Shown: positions 33,719 to 44,525, counted from the whole stretch's first letter. The stretch is 63,977 nucleotides of DNA, filler included, from Aduncisulcus paluster (GCA_024181965.1; 7 parts of 7 records of this genome joined end to end with filler, not necessarily neighbours in it), one strand, 5' to 3'. Numbers and translations are program-made. The notes: generated by a model not told the origin, from the sequence alone.

Positions 33719-36700
33719 CTATTCTCCTTTTCGCATTCTCTGAGCATGTTTTATCATCTCATAACGATGGGCTATTCTTCTCTCTGCGAGTGCATGTTCC
33801 TGTCGAACAAAGCTTCTTTCTATCATACTTACAGGCTTCTTCTTCTTCTTCACAACTGGCTTTTTGGACTTTGGAGTAGATGACAAAGCTTGGCCAGCAA
33901 TGTACATCTTGGTGTCTTCGGAGGGCCCACGAGAGACAAGGATCGGTGTAGAAACCGTTGCATTGTTAGCAGATGTTGACGAGGGCACAGGTGACATCAA
34001 GGAAAGAGAGAAAGTTGGGGTGCTGAGAGGAACACCGGATGAAACAGCTAACCGACTCTTGGGCTTCATAGTTGTTCCAGAGGCCAAAGCTGAAGATTCC
34101 AAGGCAGGCTGTGAAGTGATAGAGGAGTGGGTCGCAGAGAACATGGCCGAGGGAGCTTCTTTGGAAGGAGTTCTCTGCGATTGTTGGATACGTCCACCAA
34201 TGGTCTTCGACAAACCGTCTCGACTCCGACTCCGACAAAGGGGGCTTTTTTGGACAGGTGGAACAAGAATACTCTTTCCCATTTGCTGTTGACGCATCGT
34301 CCGCTTCATTTGTTTGATTTGTTTGAGTTCCAATTTACGAATTCGTTTCTTTTCTTTCTCAATTTCAATTTGGCCTACTTCATATTGTTCAGCTTCTTGC
34401 AACAATAACTTCTTCTTTTCCACCAATCGAATGGCTCTTTTCATCCTTGACTCACTTTGATCGCATTTGTCCTCACAGTCGTCAACACATTGATTAATCG
34501 AAGCCCCTGCATCGAGGCAATTGAGAACATGGTCAGCGCATCGTAGGATACAAGCAAATTGAGACACTGCTCGACGAATGGGGATAGTATAGGGGGTTAT
34601 TATCTCTCCACCAGCAACTTGGGTCCCAAACTTCTCGTGCTCAGGAGTTTCAACAACTATTTTAAGATTCTTCCCTTTTCCTTTCGTCTGTTGCTTACAA
34701 GGATCTCCTCCAGAGGCAACAAGTCCATCAGAGCCCGTGAGAGCAAGAGCAGCACTCAACAATCCTTTTCTTTCCATCTCTTCCTTGGAAAGTTCCAGTA
34801 ATTTCCTCTCCTCGGCAATTTGCTGTAAAGGTCCCTTCATTTGAGTGAGATATTCTTGTCTCTTCCTCTCAGTTTCTATTTTTAGAACTTCATCGATCAT
34901 TTCCTTCATCACGGCATTGACACCGGTGCACAGTTCGGTTGCGATACTTTTATCCACAGAATCCATAACAATCTCGACTGCCATACATTTCAAATAGTGT
35001 TGAATCTGCTCTCTCTCTCTCAGAGAATGTGACGGAGGCAGGAGATGTATAAGAGAAACGTCTGGGTGAGCATTGGTCACAGCCGGGAATGGTGTGCTTG
35101 TGGATGGAGCCTTTGATTCAATGGGTAAGATGGGAACGACAAAGTCCTCTTCATCGCCAACGATCAGACTCACAAGCCCACTCTGTTGCATTCCACTCTG
35201 GGCCAAGGGAGACGTCGGTAACGGAACAGAGGGAGAGGCAACGAGAGACCGATCATCGAACTCGTCCTCTCCTTCTCTTCTTGCTTCAGACTCCCATTTC
35301 AATCTCCTTTCTTCGACCTCTTCCTCCCTTGCTTTCCTGCTCGCTTCAGCACTCATCATGGAGGCCACCCATTCGTCTTGCTCATAGAATCTCTTCTCTC
35401 CTGATCTCAACAACTCAGTACTCACAAGGGAAATGGAAGAGAGAGAGACGAGAGAAGTTGAGGAGGTAGCTTCCGATCCATCCCCAGACTTGACAGTCTC
35501 TAGATCCTTTTCCCACATATTCAGACAGGCGATACCGGTGGATACATCGTAGAGGGTTCCAGCGTGAAGCAGAGGGGGATATGTGGAGCAAAGAGGCGAA
35601 GGTTTGGATGATGGATCATTGCCTTCGATTACAGGAGGAAGAGAAGGAGAAATCAAGAGATTTGTGAGGATAGTCTGATCGATGATAGGGAACTCTGGAG
35701 CTTTGCGAGGAGTAGAAGTATTCTTATCCAGTTGCTCAAGAGCTTCAATGTCTTTGGCAGAGAGTGCTTCACCTTTCTTCTCTCTTAAAAGAGCCATATG
35801 TTTTTCTTTTTCTTTGGACAAACGCTCCTCTTCTTCTTTCTGCTCAATAAACCAAGCTCTCAGCTTCTTAGTCTGCTCTTCTTCATCTTTGACACAATGC
35901 AACTGATATGACTCTCTCACACCGCGTCTAAATTTAGAAACAACCTCAACATTTGTACGTTCTGCCTGACATCTTATCAGCCATCTATTCCTCTCAGTCT
36001 GACCCATGAGAGCCCCTCTCCATGATACAGAAGCCATCAAGACATTATAACCACCACAGAAGGCCATATCCAGGGCAGCAGCGACACGGGCACAGGTTAC
36101 AAAGTCGTATTCATCCAATTCAATTGGAGTTAGTAAATTTAAAGGACTCTTGGCACCATTCATTCCCCATGACAATACCATCCACACAGGAGTAAGAGTG
36201 TTATGAACGGCTTTGAGAGCACCCATCTGGAAATACACACGGGAAAGTTGTGAATTGAGAGCTAGCAGCTTTGACTTGAAAGGTTTACGTTTCTGTTGCT
36301 CTTCTGACATCTCATCAAAACGGTCTCTCAATCTTTCTTCATCTTTCTCCACTTTTGCAATCGTATCCAAAAGCCGTTCAATTTCACTCTCTCTTGCCAT
36401 AACGGTAGCACTGAATTGTGTATATCTTATTGGGGTAGAAGCAAGTCGAAGAGAGTGTAAAAACGATGGGAAAGGTGTCCATACGAATCGTAAGTGAGTG
36501 TGGTCAAATAAATGAGGGTGTGGAGCCCTGATATAAGCATAAATAACATCATTTCTACCTTTCTCATCGTCCATGGCAACGCATAGACCCACATCATAGA
36601 GATTCTTGAGAGAAAGAGAGACAGAAAGCTCTGCAGAGAGGGTAGCAAGGGAATCCATAATAGATACAAGAATGGCAGGTTTCTCTTCTTCCTCCTCATC

Positions 36701-39700
36701 CTTCGTGGAATTATTGTCGCCTCCATGTCCCTTCTGACAAAACACATCAACACCCTGGACACTGTTGAACATTTTAGCTGTTCCAATGACACGTCGTTCA
36801 CCATTAGAAAGGCAACGAGACATGAGTTGAATGGTTGGCAAGCAGAATGAGTGCACGCTATTGGTTAAAACATAATCCCCATCAATATCATGGTACATAC
36901 AGAGAACTCTGATGACGGTGGAGCCTGTACGCAAGCCAATGCTCTTCTTCAGACGAGGCGGGACATATTTGAGAGATTTTGAGACAATTCTTTTATCTGT
37001 TGGCAACAGACTTAGGGAACTATCGTCACAATTAACATGTGTTACAATACGACGGACACAATCACTTTCCACAGAACCTCCGATCCATCGCATTCCCATC
37101 TCAGAATTGGAAGAGAGAGAGAGGAGAGATGCCGTCTTTGGGAAATACATTTGCTGTTCAAGGAACTCGCTCTCCACTCGAAGCATATCACGGTGTGTTA
37201 TGCCAGACAGTTTTCCCATGTTCTGAGGCGGTAAACGTTCAAAAACGGGTCGAACAATCAGAATAACTCGAACGGTCTCTGATTTTAGAGCAGGAATAAG
37301 AGGACGTACTGTTGAAGTGAGATCATCGCACTGGTCATGGTTCTCGGCAGACTCACGGACTTCCGTTCCAGTGAACAGAGAACAAGCAGTTCTCGAGGAA
37401 AGGGGGAAGAGAGGGGAAGGAGAGGTCGAGGACGAGTGGAATACAGAAAGAGGAGTCGATTTTGGTTGGAGAGGAGGCGCTGGATCAGGACTTGTACTGG
37501 AAGAAGAAGAGGAAGAACCATTCCGTTCCACTTTGATCGTGTTAAGAGTGTGAATCACACCATTACAGTCACCAAGTTGAGGAACAGGGAGTGAAACGAT
37601 GGATGAGAGCTTTCTCACGGCTTTACATATCATATCTTTCAAATCTCTCCCATCTGGCTCTATTTTACCTTGTCTAACACCTCGTTTCTCCCCACTCCCT
37701 CGTCCACTTGCACTGTCCTTAAGCATTCTGCATGATATCCACTCCCTATCGTCAGTATTGAAACTTACTGGACAAGAAGCAAGATCACACACTCGCACAG
37801 CTGGAGGGAGCTTCGTTTGAGTCTGAGTTATGATAGAATGACGCTCTGAATCATAATAAACACACATCACATACAGACCACTCTTCAGAGGCTGAGCAGG
37901 GAGTTTCTTGAGAGCACTCCTTCTCTGATCGATGGCCTTTGTATATATTTTTAGAATAGTTTCTTGGAATTGAGAAGGAAGTCTCGATGGAAGAACGTGG
38001 AATATGTTCATCGAATTCAAGTCAACCTCACATCTCATACGACCAACAGACCACCCAGAAACATCACCAAACACTCCTGAAAGGCCCTGGGCACGTGTTT
38101 TTTTGTCAGATCTAGCATGGAACACTCCACCACACGTGTAATTGCACACAGAAGGAGGTGGACAACGAGCCACACAGATGTATTCAGCACACCAAGGCAA
38201 GAAGGGCAACAATAGCCTTCCTCTCGCGTGTGTATGAGTATACAGTGAAATGGGAGTATCTTTGTCACCCCATCCTTCTCCTTCGCTTTCTTCATCTCCG
38301 TCCAGCATGTAGCTTGAATCCTCGTCCACCTCGTCGAAAGCATCCTCAGCTCCAACACGTCCGCTCATTTTTCGCCGAATCTCAGAAGGAGTTGTGAGAG
38401 AGAGTGGGGCAAAAGGAGGAGGATTTGATACAAACATCGGGATATCCACTCCCATTACCAGAGACCCATCAGATGGAAGAATAATATCTTCAGTCGAGGA
38501 CAATATTGACCCTGACTCTTCCTCCTCCTCTATCTCTTCACCTTCCTCGTCCAATATGGTGACGTTGTCTCTCACGACACTCCTCTTCGAGACAATCACA
38601 GAAAACCTATCAGCCTCACCTCCACCCCAAACACTTCCGATTGACACAATGCACTCCAACGTTGTACGGAGTTTGTGGCTAGAAACGAGCATTCTGTGGA
38701 GACTGTCCCAACAATCAGACCAGGTGGAGATGTCTCTTGCAAGGAGGACATCAAGGGGACCAGTTGGATTGGGCTGAGGGGTGGTAGGAGGCTTATCAGC
38801 GGTCGATTCAGAGGCACTCGTGACAGATGGTTCTGAAGGTTTTGTGTTTGAAGCCTCCAAGGACCTTTCAATTCTTTGAATATCTTTGCCCATACTCATC
38901 ATATCAAGACAGTCCTCTAACAACTCCAGGATAGCCTTAGAAGCGATTGAATCAATTCCACATCCAATCTGGCACCCTAGTCGAGCTCTGATCATGTCAA
39001 ATAGAATGGCTATAGACTCAGTAAAACAAGCCAGAGTAATGTAAGCTCTTAGAGAGGAAGTCGCAAAAGCAGTGTCCACTTTCACTGCAGGATCAGCTAT
39101 TTTCTTCTCCCTTGTTTGTTTTAATGCCTCAAGACGCTGATCAAGAATGGGTCTAATCCTGGATAAACATTGAGAGATATAATCTACCACGTCGTTGGTC
39201 CATATACTGATATCAGAAGGGGTGGAGATCAAATGCATGGATAATGCGTCATTTTGAGAGTTAATTGAGTCCCTGTGGACCTTTGTGGACGTATATTTGT
39301 GGATATTCTTATGGATAACTTCACACACTTTCTGCTTGGCTTTCTCTCCTTTAACACACTCTCTTACACACAAGCATATCTCGTCACACATTTTCTTCAC
39401 AATGGGAGTGATAGAAACGGGGGTGGTGGTTGGGACCTGAGCTATAGAATCACCAGTCAACATAAGAACAGCACAAAACTCACAACAAGCGAGGGAATAT
39501 ACATATTCACGCGTATGTANNNNNNNNNNNNNNNNNNNNGACGTATATTTGTGGATATTCTTATGGATAACTTCACACACTTTCTGCTTGGCTTTCTCTC
39601 CTTTAACACACTCTCTTACACACAAGCATATCTCGTCACACATTTTCTTCACAATGGGAGTGATAGAAACGGTGGTGGTGGTTGGGACCTGAGCTATAGA

Positions 39701-40867
39701 ATCACCAGTCAACATAAGAACAGCACAAAACTCACAACAAGCGAGGGAATATACATATTCACGCGTATGTATATTGCTAGATGGATGAATGTCAGCACTA
39801 ATGGTTGGAGATTTGGCAATAGGACCTTCGATAGAGGGAAGAGAAGACAGGGTGGAAGAAGAGGGGGAATCAGAGGGAACATCAATAAGTTTGGGATTAT
39901 GATCGAATATATATGCCATAGCACTATCAAGGGTGTAACATAGACTCAAAAGATCCTTGCCAGCACATGAAAACGTAAGAGAACCACAAACACTGCGAAC
40001 AGTGACACGATATTGTTGTGCAAGCTCCTTGCCAGCTGTGACCATTGTTGGGATGGTGTTTAAGGTCCCAAACATAACATTTCGTCCTTTAATAGCGGAG
40101 ATCTCAGTAATAGTAAACCCTTTTGAAATGGGAAGAGCAACATGAACATGGAGGGGATTTTGTTTGTTTTTATGCTCTCCAGAGATCTGACACAGTGCCA
40201 TTGCCCCACTAACATCTCTGACAACACAAATATATCCCTTAGAGATCCGAGAATCTGCCTTTTTATCGGGAGAGAGAGAACTATATTTAGCATACTTTTT
40301 GCGCGCTACCTGCCTTGCTGCTTCTTGCTTACTTTCAATGACAAGGTCGGCAGACTCTTTGACAAACACTTCTTCTTCAGAAAACTGACCAGCAAGAACT
40401 GCAAGGGTACCAGCTCTACTTACCATAGATACAGACGCAGATGCATTAATGGCACAATAAACTAAAATTGTTCCAGCATACGGAAAGTAAAATACCTCAT
40501 TTCTGATAAAATCTTCTAATTTTGATAATGGCGGGACAAAATCCAAAGAAGGGTTTAAAATGGGAATTGCATATGATAACGCGGTAGAAACTGCAGGTAA
40601 TAATTGTGTTGGATTAGAATTTGGAACGAGCCATTGTGGAATAAGTGATGTATAGGCCGAAAGAGTGCTGGGCTCAGTTGAATGAGAAAATAATTTCAAA
40701 AATTGCTCATTTTGCTCTTTCATCTCTTTTGAAGGCGATAAAATTTCTTTAAATGGATCATTAGTTCTAGATACGCTCTTTTTTGACGCAGCTTCACTCA
40801 TCCTCTCAATGAGTGTTGCAGCATCATTCAAATGAGGATCTTCATATTTTTTCAATGGAATATTCAT
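33719..40867 (-). CDS. Very large hypothetical protein (~2300 aa) with two ANKFN1-C-terminal-like modules and coiled-coil regions
   Basis: 2382-codon ORF spanning a 20-N gap with a 232-bp duplicated flank. The domain hint comes only from recalled motifs. Confidence 0.8.
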   Translation of the reverse strand: MNIPLKKYEDPHLNDAATLIERMSEAASKKSVSRTNDPFKEILSPSKEMKEQNEQFLKLFSHSTEPSTLSAYTSLIPQWLVPNSNPTQLLPAVSTALSYAIPILNPSLDFVPPLSKLEDFIRNEVFYFPYAGTILVYCAINASASVSMVSRAGTLAVLAGQFSEEEVFVKESADLVIESKQEAARQVARKKYAKYSSLSPDKKADSRISKGYICVVRDVSGAMALCQISGEHKNKQNPLHVHVALPISKGFTITEISAIKGRNVMFGTLNTIPTMVTAGKELAQQYRVTVRSVCGSLTFSCAGKDLLSLCYTLDSAMAYIFDHNPKLIDVPSDSPSSSTLSSLPSIEGPIAKSPTISADIHPSSNIHTREYVYSLACCEFCAVLMLTGDSIAQVPTTTTVSITPIVKKMCDEICLCVRECVKGEKAKQKVCEVIHKNIHKYTXXXXXXXXHTREYVYSLACCEFCAVLMLTGDSIAQVPTTTPVSITPIVKKMCDEICLCVRECVKGEKAKQKVCEVIHKNIHKYTSTKVHRDSINSQNDALSMHLISTPSDISIWTNDVVDYISQCLSRIRPILDQRLEALKQTREKKIADPAVKVDTAFATSSLRAYITLACFTESIAILFDMIRARLGCQIGCGIDSIASKAILELLEDCLDMMSMGKDIQRIERSLEASNTKPSEPSVTSASESTADKPPTTPQPNPTGPLDVLLARDISTWSDCWDSLHRMLVSSHKLRTTLECIVSIGSVWGGGEADRFSVIVSKRSVVRDNVTILDEEGEEIEEEEESGSILSSTEDIILPSDGSLVMGVDIPMFVSNPPPFAPLSLTTPSEIRRKMSGRVGAEDAFDEVDEDSSYMLDGDEESEGEGWGDKDTPISLYTHTHARGRLLLPFLPWCAEYICVARCPPPSVCNYTCGGVFHARSDKKTRAQGLSGVFGDVSGWSVGRMRCEVDLNSMNIFHVLPSRLPSQFQETILKIYTKAIDQRRSALKKLPAQPLKSGLYVMCVYYDSERHSIITQTQTKLPPAVRVCDLASCPVSFNTDDREWISCRMLKDSASGRGSGEKRGVRQGKIEPDGRDLKDMICKAVRKLSSIVSLPVPQLGDCNGVIHTLNTIKVERNGSSSSSSSTSPDPAPPLQPKSTPLSVFHSSSTSPSPLFPLSSRTACSLFTGTEVRESAENHDQCDDLTSTVRPLIPALKSETVRVILIVRPVFERLPPQNMGKLSGITHRDMLRVESEFLEQQMYFPKTASLLSLSSNSEMGMRWIGGSVESDCVRRIVTHVNCDDSSLSLLPTDKRIVSKSLKYVPPRLKKSIGLRTGSTVIRVLCMYHDIDGDYVLTNSVHSFCLPTIQLMSRCLSNGERRVIGTAKMFNSVQGVDVFCQKGHGGDNNSTKDEEEEEKPAILVSIMDSLATLSAELSVSLSLKNLYDVGLCVAMDDEKGRNDVIYAYIRAPHPHLFDHTHLRFVWTPFPSFLHSLRLASTPIRYTQFSATVMARESEIERLLDTIAKVEKDEERLRDRFDEMSEEQQKRKPFKSKLLALNSQLSRVYFQMGALKAVHNTLTPVWMVLSWGMNGAKSPLNLLTPIELDEYDFVTCARVAAALDMAFCGGYNVLMASVSWRGALMGQTERNRWLIRCQAERTNVEVVSKFRRGVRESYQLHCVKDEEEQTKKLRAWFIEQKEEEERLSKEKEKHMALLREKKGEALSAKDIEALEQLDKNTSTPRKAPEFPIIDQTILTNLLISPSLPPVIEGNDPSSKPSPLCSTYPPLLHAGTLYDVSTGIACLNMWEKDLETVKSGDGSEATSSTSLVSLSSISLVSTELLRSGEKRFYEQDEWVASMMSAEASRKAREEEVEERRLKWESEARREGEDEFDDRSLVASPSVPLPTSPLAQSGMQQSGLVSLIVGDEEDFVVPILPIESKAPSTSTPFPAVTNAHPDVSLIHLLPPSHSLREREQIQHYLKCMAVEIVMDSVDKSIATELCTGVNAVMKEMIDEVLKIETERKRQEYLTQMKGPLQQIAEERKLLELSKEEMERKGLLSAALALTGSDGLVASGGDPCKQQTKGKGKNLKIVVETPEHEKFGTQVAGGEIITPYTIPIRRAVSQFACILRCADHVLNCLDAGASINQCVDDCEDKCDQSESRMKRAIRLVEKKKLLLQEAEQYEVGQIEIEKEKKRIRKLELKQIKQMKRTMRQQQMGKSILVPPVQKSPLCRSRSRDGLSKTIGGRIQQSQRTPSKEAPSAMFSATHSSITSQPALESSALASGTTMKPKSRLAVSSGVPLSTPTFSLSLMSPVPSSTSANNATVSTPILVSRGPSEDTKMYIAGQALSSTPKSKKPVVKKKKKPVSMIERSFVRQEHALAERRIAHRYEMIKHAQRMRKGE

Positions 40868-41119
40868 TATTTTTATCGTATTATATCGAAAATAACAAGA
40901 AATGGGGTTATGGATCTAAAAAACGGAAAGTGAAACGGAGAAATTAGAAATAGTAAAAATATTATAATAATACTGAAAGAATTTGGGATAAATTTTACAT
41001 ACTCTTGCTATTTATGAATGTACCCACACAAATGGCCGGCCTTCTCAATGAAAATTTTCAAGTCGTTATAACGCAAAATAATATTAACTTGAATGATACA
41101 AAATACCAAATCAAATAAT

Positions 41120-41986
41120 TTACTTTTTTTTCAACATAATTATTGTTGGATAATCATAACAAGAGACATAGATATTGGTACGATCAGAAATAACACCCGT
41201 TACTATTGAATGTTTCATTAATGAGGTTTGAACAGACTCCGCCTTTGGATCAATCATACAAATAAGACTATCCGATGATCCACTTATCACAGTTCCATCT
41301 TCCATAATTGCTACAGTGTTCACAGGTCGAGTATGAGCCTGGATCTCCATTATAATTCGAAACTCTGGAATGAGACCGATGACAAGAACATGACCATCAT
41401 AGCATCCAATAACAAGAACATTATCACGGAGATATGAACAAGTTGGGGGAAATCGTACACTTCTTCGCGATGTAATCTCTCCAGTCATCGTATTAACAAA
41501 GGCAATTCCACCATCGATACAACAAAGGAATAATGTAGAATCTGAGATAGCTTGAATAGAAGTAATATTTGCCGAAGGAAGAGAAATGACTGAGGACAAA
41601 GTTGGAGAATCGATAGATAGTTTTACAACTTCAGAATCAAATCCAATATAAATTGCTTCTCCAAGAGAACAAATAGTTCGAATTGGATCCTTGAATTTAT
41701 ATTTTGCAATCTCTCTAGCATCAACCATACTGCAAATACGTAGTTCATTGGTTTCAGCAATTGCTACAGCTGTATATTTCTCGATAATTCGACAAAATGG
41801 AACATAAAACTTGTCTAAAGTTGTTTCATACAATATTTTTAGTGTAGAAGAATCGTCCATATTGTAAACAAGGACACAATCCTTCATGGCAAGAGTTAGA
41901 AACGTTTTGTATATTTGTATATTATTTTTGCATAATGAAGGTGATGTCTGCCCAATAAAGCGCCCGATTATTCGTTCAAATTCCAT
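41120..41986 (-). CDS. WD40-repeat protein
   Basis: AHTRPVNTVAIMEDGTVISGSSDSLICMID, LVIGCYDGHV and IYVSCYD WD40-type blades; first in-frame ATG at 41986. Confidence 0.8.
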   Translation of the reverse strand: MEFERIIGRFIGQTSPSLCKNNIQIYKTFLTLAMKDCVLVYNMDDSSTLKILYETTLDKFYVPFCRIIEKYTAVAIAETNELRICSMVDAREIAKYKFKDPIRTICSLGEAIYIGFDSEVVKLSIDSPTLSSVISLPSANITSIQAISDSTLFLCCIDGGIAFVNTMTGEITSRRSVRFPPTCSYLRDNVLVIGCYDGHVLVIGLIPEFRIIMEIQAHTRPVNTVAIMEDGTVISGSSDSLICMIDPKAESVQTSLMKHSIVTGVISDRTNIYVSCYDYPTIIMLKKK

Positions 41987-42849
41987 GCTCCGTTCGCAAA
42001 GACACGAGTTGAATGCCACAGGGAAGTAGGACAGCTTATGTGGACTTCTACCGTCTCTATGTGGGGACTCATCGTTGTGAATAGACGGATCAGGCTTTTT
42101 AATTGATCCATCAAAACAGCAAGGAAACGATAGTGTCAAGCTGATGATTTTGATTTCCTTCTTTGCCTTCTATCCTCGGCATGGAACATTTATGGACGTG
42201 TGTGAACGTTTTATTTGCTTTGTACGAACGATGAAATGGCATATAACGCTCCTTCTTCACAAATACTTGTCCGGAAGAAGCAGATTGAATCATTTGAAAG
42301 CAAGAAATCACTTTTTCTTTGCGACCCTTGTTTTCCTTCAATTTTTTGTTGGGCAATCTTTTTGTTTTATCGATATATAACGCTGAATATTGGAATGTAG
42401 ATGTCCGAAAGTGAAGATATCTTCATGGATGGAGTTGATGAGCATGTGAGTGCTGAACTCTCTGAAGGTCCCGTTGATTTCTTCTTTCGAGGCTCTTTAA
42501 AGCAAGATCATTATGCTCGAGTGAGTCGAATGATCGCATATCTGTCCGATGTGAACCCTAATGAAATCGTGATTGTTTTCCATAAAGTCACGAATGCAAG
42601 GTCAAAGGACTATTTAATGATCTGTGCCAATGGGACAGAACATGATGAGGCTGCAGATATTACGCTGAAGCAACGAGGTCCCTTTCGTGAATGGGAGATG
42701 CTGATGAACGATAAAACTGAACATGTCGTGAAATATGATATGAATCCGGACACGCTGACATACTCCGTCGTTGTCCGTGGGCTTGCTCTGAAAAAGCTGT
42801 TCAACCCCCACTTTATCCGTGATATCACGCTTGAGGTGACCTCCTCATA
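41919..42849. repeat. Right arm of the 931-bp inverted duplication
   Basis: Reverse complement of 31539-32469. Confidence 0.95.
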
Positions 42850-42859
42850 CTTTCTTGTG
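42401..42859 (+). CDS. Hypothetical protein, 3' truncated; weak resemblance to the Mediator Med18 N-terminus
   Basis: ORF open to the contig end. DFFFRGSL.......SRMIAYLSD loosely recalls Med18 EYLLQGSV.......HRLRGLCD; unverified. Confidence 0.65.
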
Positions 42860-42959
42860 NNNNNNNNNNNNNNNNNNNNNNNNNNNNNNNNNNNNNNNNN
42901 NNNTTAATTAATTAANNNNNNNNNNNNNNNNNNNNNNNNNNNNNNNNNNNNNNNNNNNN
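42860..42959. other. Artificial contig-joining linker
   Basis: N44-TTAATTAATTAA-N44. Confidence 0.98.
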
Positions 42960-43343
42960 TGGAAATATATCCATGTTATTGAATAGCATTGAAATCGTTC
43001 ATAAATGTTCTTAACACGTGAAATGGAACTATATCCAGTCCTGAGGGGTCTCCAAAAGCCTGAGATATCGAGAATAAACACCATGGCATGGAAATGAAAA
43101 TAAAACATGTTTTTATCATTTACCAGCATTTAATTCGTTTATATGTGTGTTTTTAAATTTCCAATCTTATCTATTGAAGAGTTGCTTGTTCAGTCCTCCA
43201 TTTTTTCTCGTCGTACAAGCAAATTGTATGTTTACTATATGTCACATCTTTTATTAAATGTATATTAAGAAATATTTTAACCGGATCCATTCATTATTCT
43301 GCTTGTTTTTATTTTTTAGATAAGAAATTCTATCTCTATTCAA

Positions 43344-44417
43344 ATGGGTTGCGTTGAAAGTGTTCCTCAGTCTTTTCATGTAGGAGACAAAGATTCTGTT
43401 ATTCAAACTGTGGAACCTGAGTTTGTTCATGAAGGAAATGCCAATTGCTGTCCAATTCCTCTAGATGCCCCCAACATTAAGGGTGCAGAGTTTCCTACTA
43501 TCAAAGCAATTAATGGAACTGAGAAAGAAGGTAAATATGGGTACGATCAGAGTTCTAAAGCACAAGGGATGATGAAAGGAGACTGTAATTATGGACAATT
43601 TACCCATATCTCTATTCCTTTCTCTTCATCTTCCCCAATGAAAGGGGCTTACATCTGTCTTGATGGTGATTCTTTATCTCCATCACATATTATCTTCACT
43701 CTCACATCTTCAAAGGGTGATAAAACGTTGAAGAAATACGAGTTTCCTGGATTTCTTGGTTTTCATTGGTATTTCCTTCCTGTTGATCTCCCTGATGTTG
43801 TTATGTGTGATATTACAGGGAAAGGAAGAAAGGAAGAGAATTTTAATATCCGATCCCTTGTTTTCATTAGAAAAGAAACTCCTGAAGAAATCAAATCTCG
43901 TGAAGCCAGAGAGAAACTATGGTCTGAAGCTCAAGTTGTGAAAGCAGAGTTTGTTAAGGAAGAAGATAAAGATTCTATTCCCATTCTACCAGATGATCCA
44001 CATCGTGTAGATCCTTCATTCTCAATGGTTAAGTGCAAGAATGATTCGAAGAGTAAGGAATCTAAGGAGTATGATCAGAGTTCAGAAGCACAAAGAATGT
44101 TAAAAAGGGAAGGTAGTATTTACTTATACTTATCCCATCTTTCCATCCCTTTCCCATCACCTAGTCCAATGAAAGGTGCCTATATCTGTGTGAATGATTA
44201 TAGTTCTCCCTCTCTTCTCTTCACTTTCACTGATTGTGATGGTAAGAAGACATCCAAGAAGTATGAATTCACTGAACCTCAAGATGATTGTGAATGCTAC
44301 TTCCTTCCTATTGATTTGGATAATGTTGTATTGTGTGAGATTGAAGGGAAAGGAAAGTGGTGTAGTAAGAATAGTCGATGTTCCGAAATCGACTGCCTTA
44401 TATTTACTATGCCATAA
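43344..44417 (+). CDS. Lineage-specific family protein with two ~170-aa 'PEFVHEG...WYFLP' repeats; N-terminal MGC (possible acylation)
   Basis: Two internal repeats sharing YDQSS.AQ.M.K, H(I/L)SIPF.S.SPMKGAYIC, KKYEF and YFLP(V/I)DL; paralog at 49301. Confidence 0.85.
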   Translation: MGCVESVPQSFHVGDKDSVIQTVEPEFVHEGNANCCPIPLDAPNIKGAEFPTIKAINGTEKEGKYGYDQSSKAQGMMKGDCNYGQFTHISIPFSSSSPMKGAYICLDGDSLSPSHIIFTLTSSKGDKTLKKYEFPGFLGFHWYFLPVDLPDVVMCDITGKGRKEENFNIRSLVFIRKETPEEIKSREAREKLWSEAQVVKAEFVKEEDKDSIPILPDDPHRVDPSFSMVKCKNDSKSKESKEYDQSSEAQRMLKREGSIYLYLSHLSIPFPSPSPMKGAYICVNDYSSPSLLFTFTDCDGKKTSKKYEFTEPQDDCECYFLPIDLDNVVLCEIEGKGKWCSKNSRCSEIDCLIFTMP

Positions 44418-44525
44418 GAAACCATTGCAGCTGAACGAGTATCTCTTCTTCCATGGAAATAATTCAAGAAATGGTATAAAATGCTAATATTGTGTGAAGA
44501 ATAAAAAAAAAAGTACCTGTTTTTA

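Noticed and set aside
31539-42849. Maverick/Polinton or other giant TIR transposon
   Set aside because: The inverted repeats consist of host gene sequence, and the interior has no integrase, pPolB, ATPase or capsid motifs.
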